Below, in pieces: positions 31,176 to 42,425 of a stretch of DNA of 64,000 nucleotides. The stretch is taken from IMG/VR virus record IMGVR_UViG_3300043410_001242. The stretch is one strand, 5' to 3'. Under the pieces are notes generated by a model, which did no database searches, was not told the origin of the DNA, and saw nothing but the letters and a program-made list of their open reading frames with translations. This stretch comes from a virus. The position numbers were made by a program, and so were the translations under genes. The stretch's first letter is position 1, and the number at the start of each line of letters is the position of its first letter.

Positions 31176-32216
31176 ATGACTAATATGAGTAAATTCCCAC
31201 ATATCGAGCAGTTCCGTAATGTAATCCGAAAGGTTACTGATAAGACTCGGTATTCTGGTAAAGATGATAATGGTAACGCTATTTTTAATAATTCACCATT
31301 ACCCACCCTTAGATTCACTGGCACTACCAAGATTCATGGTACCAATGCCGCTGTCGGTGTTACCAATGATGGTATCCAATGGACTCAGAGTAGAGAAAAC
31401 ATTATCACCCCAGAAAAGGATAATGCTGGTTTTGCTACCTTTGCTTATAAGAATAAACAATTCTTTTCAAATCTATTGGAAAAGATGGACTATTATAGAA
31501 GTGAATATAGTGGTTTTGTTGTATATGGCGAATGGTGTGGTAAAGGTATTCAAAAAGGTGTAGCTGTATCAGAATTGGATAAAATGTTTGTGGTATTTAA
31601 TATCAAACTTATTTCCAATTCTGAAGAACAACCTAATCGTTGGTTGGAAAATGATTATGTCCAAGAATTAATCGGACATAATGAAGATGAAAGAATCTTC
31701 AATATCTTCACGTTTGGTAAGTGGGAAGTGGATATTGATTTCAATTATCCTGAACTGTCTTCCAATAAGCTTATTGAATTGACCGAATCTGTAGAATCTG
31801 AATGTCCTGTCGGTAAGTATTTCGGAGTAACCGGTGTCGGTGAAGGTATTGTATGGTCTTGCAATACTTGGCCTTATGTCGGCGGTGACTTTATGTTTAA
31901 GGTTAAAGGTGAGAAACATTCTGCTTCTAAGGTCAAAACCTTGGCCGCTGTTGACGTTGAAAGGGTTAATAGTATCAAGGAATGTGTTGATAAGATTATC
32001 ACCGAAAACAGACTTAACCAGGGTCTGGATCATCTTAGAATGAACCATTTGGAGATTATTCCACAAAACCTTGGTGTTTTTATTAAGTGGGTTACCTCCG
32101 ATGCAATCCGAGAAGAACTGGATACCATTATTGAATCTGGCTTCATTCCAAAGGATATTGGTGCTGTGGCTTCCAAGGTTGCCCGTGACTGGTTCTTCCG
32201 AACCACTCAGGTGTGA
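31176..32216 (+). CDS. RNA ligase 2 (Rnl2)-like protein
   Basis: Motif I KIHGTN, QSRE, YGEWCG.GIQKGV, GEGIVW, FKVKG. Confidence 0.8.
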   Translation: MTNMSKFPHIEQFRNVIRKVTDKTRYSGKDDNGNAIFNNSPLPTLRFTGTTKIHGTNAAVGVTNDGIQWTQSRENIITPEKDNAGFATFAYKNKQFFSNLLEKMDYYRSEYSGFVVYGEWCGKGIQKGVAVSELDKMFVVFNIKLISNSEEQPNRWLENDYVQELIGHNEDERIFNIFTFGKWEVDIDFNYPELSSNKLIELTESVESECPVGKYFGVTGVGEGIVWSCNTWPYVGGDFMFKVKGEKHSASKVKTLAAVDVERVNSIKECVDKIITENRLNQGLDHLRMNHLEIIPQNLGVFIKWVTSDAIREELDTIIESGFIPKDIGAVASKVARDWFFRTTQV

Positions 32217-32217
32217 T

Positions 32218-32295
32218 TGTTTCTCCCTGGTTGATAGACTGTTTCACCGATCAGCCACAACCAGGGCTTGACTTCCGGGCCAGTTCTGATACAAT
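32218..32295 (+). promoter_or_regulatory. cassette promoter copy 9
   Basis: Boxes 32218/32240, gap 22, TTGACT-16-TACAAT. Confidence 0.8.
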
Positions 32296-32330
32296 CCTTC
32301 CATAGTTTAAGAAATCAATAGGAAATTTAT

Positions 32331-32720
32331 ATGTCACTTAAAAATCGTCTTGGAAATTCACACAACCCATACCAGGGTTCATTCAAAAAAGTCCTTACCG
32401 TATGCTCTGCTGGGTTACTACGTTCACCCACGGCTGCATGGGTATTGTCCAATCCACCATTCAATTTCAATACCCGTTCTTGTGGGTATAATGATGAGTA
32501 TGCACTAACAGTATTGGATGAAGTATTGCTAGAATGGGCTGATGAAGTCGTGGTAATGGATACTAGACAAGAAAAGGTAGTCCGTGAAATGTTGGATAAT
32601 AGTGGTTCAGATTCTAGAAAGCCTGTCCATGTATTGAATGTGCCGGATAATTATGGTTACCGTGAACCAGAATTAGTCGAACTAATGACCGAAAAGTTTA
32701 ATGAATTATTTGAAGTTTAA
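32331..32720 (+). CDS. low-molecular-weight protein-tyrosine-phosphatase-like protein
   Basis: P-loop VCSAGLLRS (CX5RS), WADEVVVMD, VPDNY. Confidence 0.8.
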   Translation: MSLKNRLGNSHNPYQGSFKKVLTVCSAGLLRSPTAAWVLSNPPFNFNTRSCGYNDEYALTVLDEVLLEWADEVVVMDTRQEKVVREMLDNSGSDSRKPVHVLNVPDNYGYREPELVELMTEKFNELFEV

Positions 32721-33146
32721 TTGAGAGTTTATATTATGATGAAAGCAGGTGAATTTTATATTGGCGATTTGTGCTACGTATTACATGATGTTTGGGATGA
32801 AGTATGTGACCTATTATTCCCTGATGATGATGGTTATCGCGAAGGAGAATTCACACTAAAGGATGGTCGTCAGTTTGCCATTTATAATACTCAATTCGGT
32901 GATGGTGAATACTTGACAAATGGTAATGGTAGATGCCTTGTCGATTCTGGTACTATTGGTTGTATTTTGAAGTCTGATATTCGGGACAATACTTATACAC
33001 CCGAACAAATTGAAAGATTCGCTGAGTTTGTTACTATGGACCGGCCGTTTGAAACCAGTATTGATTTCGATTCATATGAAGATGATGATGGTTATCGGGT
33101 TGAAGAAAAGATTATTCGCTTCGGCCATTTTAATGTTTACACCTAA
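32721..33146 (+). CDS. conserved phage hypothetical protein
   Basis: YIGDLCYV...GDGEY...VDSGTIGCI. Confidence 0.65.
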   Translation: MRVYIMMKAGEFYIGDLCYVLHDVWDEVCDLLFPDDDGYREGEFTLKDGRQFAIYNTQFGDGEYLTNGNGRCLVDSGTIGCILKSDIRDNTYTPEQIERFAEFVTMDRPFETSIDFDSYEDDDGYRVEEKIIRFGHFNVYT

Positions 33147-33745
33147 TTAGGAGATATAATATGAGTAATTACAGAGATTATAACGGAACTGAATATGACT
33201 ATTCAAAGGATGAAACCCTTGATAATGGTCGGTTATATAATAAGAGAATGGGTTATATGAACCCAAAGGTATCTGAAGATACTGAATTTGAACCTGAGTT
33301 TTATGACCCTGATTTGTGGTAATAGGAGATAGTATTATGTTTGATCGAGAAAAGGCTATTGAAGCCCTTATTGATGATGATTTTGATGCAATCGTCGGTT
33401 GTCGTAGTTGGGATTATCTGTATGATATTCTATATCATGGGCATCTTGGTTATGACCATATGACTGATAATGAATTGGTTGATGAATGTGCAGAACGTGA
33501 TATTCCATATGAATTTGGAGAAACTGAATAATGACTTATATTTTGGTAATGTATATCTACGCGGGTATGTTGGCAAAGGGTGATAGTGTAACACTTGTTA
33601 ATGCGGGTGAATATACTAGTATTGATGCCTGTAATGCTGCGGGTATGAGTGGTAATGAATTGGTAAAGGGTTCTGCAAAAGAATACCGTTATCTCTGTCT
33701 GAAAAAGGGAACAAGAGAATAATTATGGCATATTATTTTGTGGGA

Positions 33746-34360
33746 CTAATTCAATCTAATACACTTCCATCCTTTAGTATCTTTTAATTTCCCTTTAGAT
33801 ACTGAAGTCATGTTACCCGGATTCAAATTATTATCTCTACAAAATTGTGACATATTACTTATTGTGTAAGATATACCGTTTGGGTCCGTAACTAACCATT
33901 TTTTAGAATTTATAAAATAGGCATCTAACCGTTTATTAATTGATTCTATTTTATGTTTCTTTCCTTTATTAGAATTTCCTATTTTTCTTTTCCAATCATC
34001 AGAAAATGGTGGTCTTGATTTACCAGTATGTGATATACCTATTTTTCTCTTATGTTCATTGGTTAGTATTCGTCCAGAACAACCATCACCCCCGTCAGTT
34101 TTATTGCGAAGAATACCAGTATTATTATCTTTTCTACCAAACCAACGGATATAATATCTCTCAAGTATGAAAGATTGTAATTCTGTTAGATTTTGTTCTA
34201 TTATTATAATAAGAGATTTGTTTTTAGGTGGTCTTACTTCCCCTTGACCTTTGGTATGTGATCGTTTACCTTTACCCTTACCAATATAATATGGTGTATA
34301 ATCATCACGAAGATAAGCATAAACATAATATATTGATTGATTTGGATTATAAATATCCAT
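33746..34360 (-). CDS. free-standing GIY-YIG homing endonuclease
   Basis: N-terminal half very similar to 19542..20198; NUMOD3-like HKRKIG repeats. Confidence 0.8.
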   Translation of the reverse strand: MDIYNPNQSIYYVYAYLRDDYTPYYIGKGKGKRSHTKGQGEVRPPKNKSLIIIIEQNLTELQSFILERYYIRWFGRKDNNTGILRNKTDGGDGCSGRILTNEHKRKIGISHTGKSRPPFSDDWKRKIGNSNKGKKHKIESINKRLDAYFINSKKWLVTDPNGISYTISNMSQFCRDNNLNPGNMTSVSKGKLKDTKGWKCIRLN

Positions 34361-34446
34361 GTGATACTCCTTGATAGTATTACTGGGTATGGTAGTTGGT
34401 AGCTACGCGATACCCTTTTTTGTTGTCTTTTGTTTTATTATTTATG
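34361..34446 (-). promoter_or_regulatory. endonuclease leader: late promoter, conserved hairpin, RBS hairpin
   Basis: CATAAATA (rc of 34439-34446); stem 34385-34415. Confidence 0.7.
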
Positions 34447-35251
34447 TATTTAGGAGTGAAAAATGTATTATAGTGATGAGTATTACGAAAAGGTTGCACC
34501 AAACTTCCGTAAGTTTATGGATGAATTGACTGTATTATCTCGCAAGTATGGTGTTGCGGTATCAGGACATTATGATTTAACTGATAACCCTTCAGAATTT
34601 GCTAATCTAATGTATGATCGGGATTATACGTCAGGTGATATTAATTGTTATGGTTATTGGGATGTATAATGTATAAAATTCAATTAAAAGACTCTTATAG
34701 TAATACTGTTACCATCTATTTCAGTAATAGTTTGACAGTATATCCCCGTAGTGATGGCAAATATACTGTTATTATGGATGGACTTCATAATAATGGTGGT
34801 TGGTTAATTCCATCCGAATATCATACTTATGATGAAATCATTGAAAAGATTGATAATGCAATTCAGTATTGGGTTGAATATAATGATAAAATTAGGAGAC
34901 ATGGGAGTTAATGTATAAAGTAGAATTATCTAGTGAAGAACTGGAACTGGTATTATCTACCCTTAGATATACTGCCGAAAATGGTTATGAACCGGCACAC
35001 AAGGACGATTGGAATGAAATGGAAGAAGAATATAATTCCATTTATAGATTATATGACAAACTGGTGGAATTACGATAATGGCAGATACTAATATCTCGGT
35101 TGGATTTTATACCGGAGAAAAGAATAAGAATATGGTTGGACTTACAGTAGATAATAAGAATACTGGATTATCCCCCCAATTAGCCAGACACCTTGCGGTT
35201 GACCTGATGATATGGGCAGATAGGATTGATCCACCAAAACCGACCGTTGAA

Positions 35252-35408
35252 AATCAAACACTTACCGACTAGAATCCTCCCCTCCTTCGTCCTACCTGCC
35301 CGCCCTGGTGTTGACCGTGCGGCACGCACCAGGGCACCACTGTTTCTCCTCCGTTAGCAGACTGTTTCACGTCCGCTGGCTTGCAATCCTCCAGGACTCC
35401 TGTATACT
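35252..35408 (+). promoter_or_regulatory. cassette promoter copy 10 with IHF site, C-rich tract and hairpin
   Basis: AATCAAACACTTA; GCCCTGGTG...CACCAGGGC; boxes 35341/35363; TTGCAA-16-TATACT. Confidence 0.8.
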
Positions 35409-35460
35409 GGTCTCCAACAAGTGAGAGACAAGTTATTAAATTATTATTAGGAGTTATATT

Positions 35461-35691
35461 ATGTCTAAGTATCTGAATGTCAATGATTATGTAAATACCG
35501 TCGAAAAGGTTGCATATGCAAGGGGTAAAGAATATACCCTTAATGATTGGGAAAAAACCTCATATTCATATGCCCTTGGTTATGTTCTGTCCAATTTCAA
35601 GTATTGTCTTGATGAATTGAACCTTTCAGAGAAACAATTGCAAGTCCTGGCCAATCGTACCGAATGGCTGAATAATAACGGAGTAGATTAA
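35461..35691 (+). CDS. hypothetical protein
   Basis: AGGAG RBS after promoter. Confidence 0.6.
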   Translation: MSKYLNVNDYVNTVEKVAYARGKEYTLNDWEKTSYSYALGYVLSNFKYCLDELNLSEKQLQVLANRTEWLNNNGVD

Positions 35692-36289
35692 CCATGAAAA
35701 GATATAGAGTAGAATTCAATACAACGGAATATGCATATGTGAATGCTTATGGATTATCTGACGCATACTGGTCTGCTAAGACTTATGAGAATTCAACCAG
35801 AATTATATTGGACATTGAGGTGATTAAATGATGAATCGTTATGAAGTAGATTATTCACTAGATAATAGTAAATCAGTTTTTTATATCTTTGATACCTTCC
35901 AACAAAGGTATCTGAAAGATGCTTATAGTTCTTTTGAGTATGCTCAGGAAGATTGTGATATTCTGAATGAACAAGAAGAAATCGACAATTGGAGATGTTA
36001 TGGATAAGGATTTGATTTGGTTCTTCATTGGATGGATATCCAATATTTGTGCGGCCTTTCTTTTTGCCCTTATTGTTGTTGATAATGGATATTATTTGAT
36101 TCCAAAGTCCAAGTGGAAATGTAGTGGTGCATATATCATTAATGACGATCCATCCAATACTGAATGTAATGTTTATAAATTAAAAAGAGGTGATGATAAT
36201 GTTCAATCCGGTGGCTAAGCACGCCCACAAAACCAATCGTGCTGTAGTATTTAAAAATAAGAAACAATATAACCGTAAAACTAAGAGAA

Positions 36290-36619
36290 ATGATTATGAG
36301 TGATGAAACAAAGTTTGTTAATGAAATGGATTATGTTCTTGACCATTTCAATTTCGAGAAATGCCATAAGGTAATGGAGTTTCTGGATTGGAAATGGGCC
36401 CAGAGTAATGGTTGCGTACCTAGTATTGGTGAAATGCGGCAGTTTGCCCGTGAATTGATTCGGGATGCTTATCGTAATATGACACAGCAAGAAACTATCA
36501 CCAAGGAATGCACCATCGAATGTGGTGGGTTTGTTGTAAGGGTTGAACAGGAGTATCCAGGGCAGAAGGTCTATATTCGCCTTCGGTTTAGTGCGGCTTC
36601 CTGGGACAATTACGATTGA
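36290..36619 (+). CDS. hypothetical protein
   Basis: 109-aa ORF. Confidence 0.55.
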   Translation: MIMSDETKFVNEMDYVLDHFNFEKCHKVMEFLDWKWAQSNGCVPSIGEMRQFARELIRDAYRNMTQQETITKECTIECGGFVVRVEQEYPGQKVYIRLRFSAASWDNYD

Positions 36620-36620
36620 T

Positions 36621-36687
36621 TGTTTCTCGATGGTTAACAGAGTGTTTCACAACCAGGGCTTGATCTCCTCCCTGGTTGTGTTATACT
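36621..36687 (+). promoter_or_regulatory. cassette promoter copy 11
   Basis: Boxes 36621/36643, gap 11, TTGATC-16-TATACT. Confidence 0.75.
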
Positions 36688-36694
36688 CCTCACC

Positions 36695-36967
36695 ATGAAA
36701 AGAGTAAACAAAACACAAAAACTAGGGAACCTGGCCGGTTGGCTGGGTATGGTATCAATTCAGTCAGCTACCCTGCCTGTCACTTATAACGTATTGGTTG
36801 GCAATACAACCAATCTTCCTCCTATTTCGATGGTTATTATGGTTTGGGTAGGATTGATCCTATACCTAATCAGAGCCATTATTCAAAAAGATATGTTACA
36901 TATCACCTCTAATGGTATCGGATTCTTCACCCAATCAGTATTGATGGCATTAATCGTTTTTAAATAG
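36695..36967 (+). CDS. 3-TM membrane protein (SemiSWEET/PQ-loop-like), probably leaderless
   Basis: Three hydrophobic helices, Pro after TM1, Asn in TM3; ATG 8 nt after the -10. Confidence 0.5.
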   Translation: MKRVNKTQKLGNLAGWLGMVSIQSATLPVTYNVLVGNTTNLPPISMVIMVWVGLILYLIRAIIQKDMLHITSNGIGFFTQSVLMALIVFK

Positions 36968-37414
36968 GAGTTTTATGGTTATTTGTAAGATTTCAGGTGT
37001 ATACCACAAACGTCAACGGTCTAAATGGTATCCAATAACACCGTTTGTTGCCAGAAAACTGGTTTCACAAGGTGCAAAGATAATGAAGGAAATTAAATGA
37101 GTAGAATTATCGCATTGGTTTGGGTAGGTGGCGCAATAGTAAACCCGGCAGGTACCAAGATTCTGCTGGGTAAGTCTGTTGATTTGATCCATAATCTATT
37201 TGGTGTTATTATGCACCATATTTCTACGGTGTCTTAATATGGAGTCATATATTGTATGTACCTCATGCGAAGAAGAGCATTTGGTATCCGAATTAGATAA
37301 AGAACATATTGATATTCAACAGGATATGTTGGGACATGATGTTTTGATTTATAAATGCCCTGTTACTGGTCGTATATCAAGAGCGTTCATTAGAAATAGA
37401 CTTGAGGAAGTATA

Positions 37415-37786
37415 ATGTCTTGGTGTAGATGGTCAACTCATTGTGATAATGGTAGAGATTCAAACCTATATGTTTATGAGGGTGATAATGGTCTTTATAT
37501 TCATATTGCAGGAAGGCATCTTATTAATTGGGAAGATGCACCAAAGGAAATGTTAGAATCTGAAATGACACAAGATAATGTCCAAGAATGGATTCGGCAA
37601 TATGACAATAGGTCTAAATGGATAGAAAAACATGGTGTATTTGGTCCTATTGGTCTACCTTATGATGGTGAAACCTTTGTTCTTACCAACAAAGAAGATA
37701 TTAAGAACACTCTTGATATGTTGAAGGAAGCAGGGTATAATTTCCCTGACCGTATCTATGATTATATTGATGAATTTGAGGAATAA
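37415..37786 (+). CDS. hypothetical protein
   Basis: GAGGA RBS, TAATG coupling. Confidence 0.6.
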   Translation: MSWCRWSTHCDNGRDSNLYVYEGDNGLYIHIAGRHLINWEDAPKEMLESEMTQDNVQEWIRQYDNRSKWIEKHGVFGPIGLPYDGETFVLTNKEDIKNTLDMLKEAGYNFPDRIYDYIDEFEE

Positions 37787-37788
37787 TA

Positions 37789-38109
37789 ATGGAAGAAATT
37801 AGACATAAACATTATGAATATATTATTGCATGGGCTAAAGGTGCAAAGATTCAACGAAGGGTAAAACAATATGATGTGATTCCCACCCGTAAAGAACCAC
37901 AATTCATATGGTTGGATGATGAGAATCCTACTTGGAATGAAAATGAAGTATACCGATTGAAACCAGTATATAAATCCCAAGAAGTAAAGATTACACTTTT
38001 ATACCATAATTGGTATATTGAACCAGTGGATGAGGGTAAGGGTAACTGTCTTATCACTTATAATGCGATTGATGAACAAATTATTGATATTAGTAGGTTG
38101 AAAGAATGA
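37789..38109 (+). CDS. hypothetical protein
   Basis: IIAWAKGAKIQ...YRLKP pattern. Confidence 0.6.
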   Translation: MEEIRHKHYEYIIAWAKGAKIQRRVKQYDVIPTRKEPQFIWLDDENPTWNENEVYRLKPVYKSQEVKITLLYHNWYIEPVDEGKGNCLITYNAIDEQIIDISRLKE

Positions 38110-38284
38110 ATCTAATCAGTAAAGAAAATAGAACTAATCAAGAAACCTTTGCACAAGAGATTATTGTTACTGTGTCATTTTCTTTGGAACAATTAATGGA
38201 TACTAGATTGAATAATGTTAGGGATGATTTTGCCTATTGGATTGGTAATGAAATCTTAGATTATATTGAGGATGGTAGACGATA

Positions 38285-38623
38285 ATGAATTTTGAACAGA
38301 TGCAATTTCTGAACAGAGATGCTTTAATGGACCCACATATTGGAGACTATTGGCAAGAAATGTATAGTCCTTATTTTGTAATTGTTGATATTAAAGATGA
38401 TGTTTATACCATATTGAACTTTATTAAAACATCACCAAATTCAGCATATATTGATAATGGTATTTCTTGGAGTGTTGATTTCTCTAAATCTATGGAAGTC
38501 AATAAAGAATGGATTGAAAAGACTGTAAAGTATTCAACTATGGATAAGTTTGTTGCTGATGTAGTAAGAAGTGAAAGATGGTCTGGTATAGCGCAAGAGT
38601 GGAGAAATTATAATGAATCCTAA
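38285..38623 (+). CDS. hypothetical protein
   Basis: 112-aa ORF. Confidence 0.55.
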   Translation: MNFEQMQFLNRDALMDPHIGDYWQEMYSPYFVIVDIKDDVYTILNFIKTSPNSAYIDNGISWSVDFSKSMEVNKEWIEKTVKYSTMDKFVADVVRSERWSGIAQEWRNYNES

Positions 38624-38966
38624 AGAACTCATTTTACAAGTGGAAAGGGCTATTCAATTCGGTAGAATGGATGATTGGAAAGTAGTTATTCCAGTCCGAC
38701 GAATTGGTTCTATTGGTGGTACTCCTTGTGTTAATATTGAATCAGTTAGTGCTGGATTTGATTGGGATTCTGGTAAGGTATTTCTATCAACAAAAGAATC
38801 TCTCAGAGAAATTGATAGGGATGAAATCAAGGCCATCAGAGATAAGTATGAAGAACTTGGTTGGAGTCAATATAAGATTGGTAAAATCAAGAAAGAAAAT
38901 GAAATGTTGAAAAAGAGAATTGAAGAATTGGAAAAGATGCTTGACCAATTGGGAGGGGACGAATGA
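38613..38966 (+). CDS. hypothetical protein, paralog of 40793..41137
   Basis: First ~52 codons nearly identical. Confidence 0.7.
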   Translation: MNPKELILQVERAIQFGRMDDWKVVIPVRRIGSIGGTPCVNIESVSAGFDWDSGKVFLSTKESLREIDRDEIKAIRDKYEELGWSQYKIGKIKKENEMLKKRIEELEKMLDQLGGDE

Positions 38967-39126
38967 TGACTTATAAAAAAAGACTCGATCCACCCGTCCA
39001 TATATTTGATGAACCAGAAGAACCTTACCACATGAAAGTAATTAGAAATCTAATGCAAGAAAATGAAACTCTGAAAAAGAAAATTGTAGTATTGGAAACG
39101 AGACTCGACCTATTGGGAGGGGATGA

Positions 39127-39621
39127 ATGATAGTAAAACCAACAAAACCGCTTGAAGAATATGTTAGTGTAAATATTGGAAGACCTTCTTTCTTTTATGA
39201 TATAGAAAAGGAATATTGGAGAGGATTTCAAGAATTCGTAAAAACTTGTGATATTCCTATTGTTGTTAATGGATTTTATTTTACGATAGATGGAATGTTA
39301 GAAGATGATGAATCATATTCTGGAGGTGGTTTTAAATATATGTTCTGGTTTGAATCAGAAGAAGATAAATCAATTTTTATGAAGTATCCACAACTGATTG
39401 ATGTTGATGAAAAGTTAAAGCAATGTAGAGATATGGTTGCTAAAATGGCAGAAGATTTGTGTTCAGTTCAACCTATGCCATCCACTATCATGAAAGATTT
39501 GATTGATTCTGCTGATAAAAGAACTAAAGAACAATTAATTGCCGATGGATATGAACCTGTTGATCCGGTTAGTAATATGCCACTAATGTGGATTAAGAAA
39601 GATATGGTATATAAGGAATAA
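39127..39621 (+). CDS. hypothetical protein
   Basis: GGAGG RBS; 164 aa. Confidence 0.6.
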   Translation: MIVKPTKPLEEYVSVNIGRPSFFYDIEKEYWRGFQEFVKTCDIPIVVNGFYFTIDGMLEDDESYSGGGFKYMFWFESEEDKSIFMKYPQLIDVDEKLKQCRDMVAKMAEDLCSVQPMPSTIMKDLIDSADKRTKEQLIADGYEPVDPVSNMPLMWIKKDMVYKE

Positions 39622-39997
39622 GAAGATGAATGAATATATTGATTTTTTACAGAATTTAAAAGATAAAAAGCTTATTGTTGATTATCAAATTTGTGGTGAT
39701 GATGTGTATATTACACCAGTCGTTCCCATCAATAATGTAATCATAACTTCGGAATTGAATAATGAACATAGAATCCAAACAAATCAACAAACAAATTAAA
39801 AAGATACTTGCAAAAGTTCTTGATCAAAATCAAAATATGCGATGGAATATTGAAGATGCAGAATATTTTGCTAAATTGATTATTGAAGAATGTATGGGTG
39901 TTGTTGATTCTTGCGAAAGTGATTTGTTTTATGATGATGGAATGGTTCCGATTATTGATGTTAACGATAGAATCAAAAAACATTTTGGAGTTGAATA

Positions 39998-40333
39998 ATG
40001 GGAATTGATACACACTACTATACTATGCATGGTATTAAAACCGAGTGGGACGATGAATTCGCTCAAGCATATGATGAAGTATATGATGACAATGATACTC
40101 CATGTGTTCTACTTGAATGTATTACTGGTGAATATATGATATTTGGTAATATTCTATATGATAGTGGAAATCTGAGATGGGGTGATATTGAAGATTCGTT
40201 TGTTGAAATTGATATTGATAAACTAACTGAACAAGAACTTGAATATAAAAAACAGTTTATTGCAAAGTTTCCACAGTTTGAAAAATTCATGCAAGAACCA
40301 TTTAAACTAATGACTTTTGTACACTATAGTTGA
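39998..40333 (+). CDS. hypothetical protein
   Basis: GGAG RBS, TAATG coupling. Confidence 0.6.
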   Translation: MGIDTHYYTMHGIKTEWDDEFAQAYDEVYDDNDTPCVLLECITGEYMIFGNILYDSGNLRWGDIEDSFVEIDIDKLTEQELEYKKQFIAKFPQFEKFMQEPFKLMTFVHYS

Positions 40334-40793
40334 TATTGAGGACTTGATTATGAATGAACTATCTAATGATTGGAAAGAAGATTGTTTACATTTTTGGGGG
40401 AAAGTTCTAACGGGTAAATACTGTCATTGGTGTGCCGACTGGGACTACCTTTCACTGGACGAAACTTGTCATCCGTTTGCTTATTGTAATTGTGAAAGGG
40501 ATGAATGGGATATGAATGAAAAGATTAAAGAACTTGCTGAACAGGCAGAAGAGGCCGCAAGGAAAAACAATCCTTACTGGCAAATGTCAGATGAATTTCC
40601 AGAGGACAAGATTTGGAGAGAAAAGTTCGCCGAGTTGATTATCCAAGAATGTTCTAATGTGGTAAATGACTTTGCACTTCAACTAGCATCAGAACCAGAA
40701 CACATATTTAACATTCTTGGGGAAAATCTTTTGGTTAGCATCAAAATAACTGATGCTGCTCATAAAATTAAAGAACATTTCGGAGTTGAATAA
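40317..40793 (+). CDS. hypothetical protein, apparent fusion of two small-ORF families
   Basis: N-part similar to 45415..45600; C-part NEKIKEL family. Confidence 0.55.
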   Translation: MYTIVDIEDLIMNELSNDWKEDCLHFWGKVLTGKYCHWCADWDYLSLDETCHPFAYCNCERDEWDMNEKIKELAEQAEEAARKNNPYWQMSDEFPEDKIWREKFAELIIQECSNVVNDFALQLASEPEHIFNILGENLLVSIKITDAAHKIKEHFGVE

Positions 40794-41137
40794 TGAATCC
40801 TAAAGAACTCATTTTACAAGTGGAAAGGGCTATTCAATTCGGTAGAATGGATGATTGGAAAGTAGTAATTCCGGTCAGACGAATTGGTTCTATTGGTGGT
40901 ACTCCTTGTGTTAATATTGAATTAGTTAGTGCTGGATTTGATTGGGATGCAGGTAAAATCTTTCTTAATACTGAAGAAGAACTGCGTGTTATTGGTGTTG
41001 ATGAAATCAAGGCACTTAAAGATGAATATAAGGAGTTAGGTTGGAAATACTCCCAGATTAGTGGTTTAAAGCGAGAAAATAAGAAACTGAAAGAAAGAAT
41101 TAAGGAATTGGAGAATAAGTATGAATCCAGTAATTAA
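40793..41137 (+). CDS. hypothetical protein, paralog of 38613..38966
   Basis: DNA-level duplication. Confidence 0.7.
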   Translation: MNPKELILQVERAIQFGRMDDWKVVIPVRRIGSIGGTPCVNIELVSAGFDWDAGKIFLNTEEELRVIGVDEIKALKDEYKELGWKYSQISGLKRENKKLKERIKELENKYESSN

Positions 41138-42026
41138 AAAGTTAGCAGAAGAAGCTGGTTTCTGTTTTTGGAGTGATGAAGAATGGAAACCGCATGGTGC
41201 TATTATTGATTGGAGTGCAGACTACGATAAAGAATTCCAGAAGTATACTGAACTCTTGATTAAGGAATGTATTAAAGAATTAAAATCTGTTGATGGTTAT
41301 TATTTTGGTGAATTCTTAGCTCAAAAATTTGGTATTGAATAATGGATTGGAACAAACAACCTACATTAAAAGAATTTGTAACTATCTTTGATGATTATGT
41401 AAAAGAAATTGGTTGCATGGATAATGAAGATGGTTATATCGCATCACACAAAATTGTTGGAGATATTCGTATTCAAGATGACTCGGATGATGTGGTATAT
41501 GAAATTGTTGGATTGGATGTAAATCAACTTGGTGGTTGTGGTTGTTGGTCTGATATTATTATCAAGATTAAGAGGGTTAATAATGAAAGTTAAAGAACTG
41601 ATTGAAGCATTATCAAAGTATGATCCAGAACTTGAAGTCCAAGCATTTTCTGATATGGGTCCAGTGATTAGCGAACCAACATTGTTTCGTGGCAGATACG
41701 AAGACCCTGATAATACTAAATGTGCCTTTGTGTGGAAGGATGGTCTTTTTGTTGGTTTCGGAAACCCTAATGATTATGACCTTGACCATGAAGTATATGA
41801 GGTAATGGAACATTGAACGAAAAGATTAGAGACCTTTTAGTTATTTGTGGTATGCCAAATGAACAAATAATGGAAATCCTTGAAGATCGGAAACAATCAT
41901 TCTATATTAATAATTTTGCAGAATTGATTGTTAAGGAATGTATTGAAGTTATCAATGATAATGTGGAAGTCGCATTAAGTGCTACTGGAAATGTAGTATT
42001 TGAAGATGAATTGTTGAAGAAACATT

Positions 42027-42425
42027 TTGGTATTGAAATTGAAAACTAAATTAATTACTGCCGCAGAAGCAAGAGGAATGCGAGAAGAATGTATCACTAA
42101 TTTTAAAATTATTGGTATGGACAAGTATATCAAACATATTAATAAGATTGTTAAGGATGCCACTTCAGAAGGCAAATGGGTATCTCAAACAATTATACAT
42201 TATTATCCAGATGCAAATTATGATAAAGTATTGGATGAATTGTCAAATGAAAAGATGCAAGTATTGATTGAACATTTGAAAGAGAATGGATACCAAGCTA
42301 TGGTATATAATAATTGTTTCTATCTTTCTTGGGATATTCCAGAAGAAAAACCAGCACCTGTAAAGGAAGAACCAAAGAAGAAATCTTGGTGGGAAATGTA
42401 TTGGAATTGCTGGAATTGGAAATGA
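42027..42425 (+). CDS. hypothetical protein
   Basis: 132-aa ORF; start uncertain. Confidence 0.5.
   Translation: MVLKLKTKLITAAEARGMREECITNFKIIGMDKYIKHINKIVKDATSEGKWVSQTIIHYYPDANYDKVLDELSNEKMQVLIEHLKENGYQAMVYNNCFYLSWDIPEEKPAPVKEEPKKKSWWEMYWNCWNWK

Noticed and set aside
33720-34470. Target-site duplications around the first and second GIY-YIG cassettes
   Set aside because: I found no convincing flanking direct repeat, unlike the third cassette.
24300-36675. CCWGG (Dcm) enrichment in cassettes as a methylation switch
   Set aside because: Explained equally well by the CCCTGG/CCAGGG stem; CCWGG also occurs in coding regions and no cytosine methylase is visible here.
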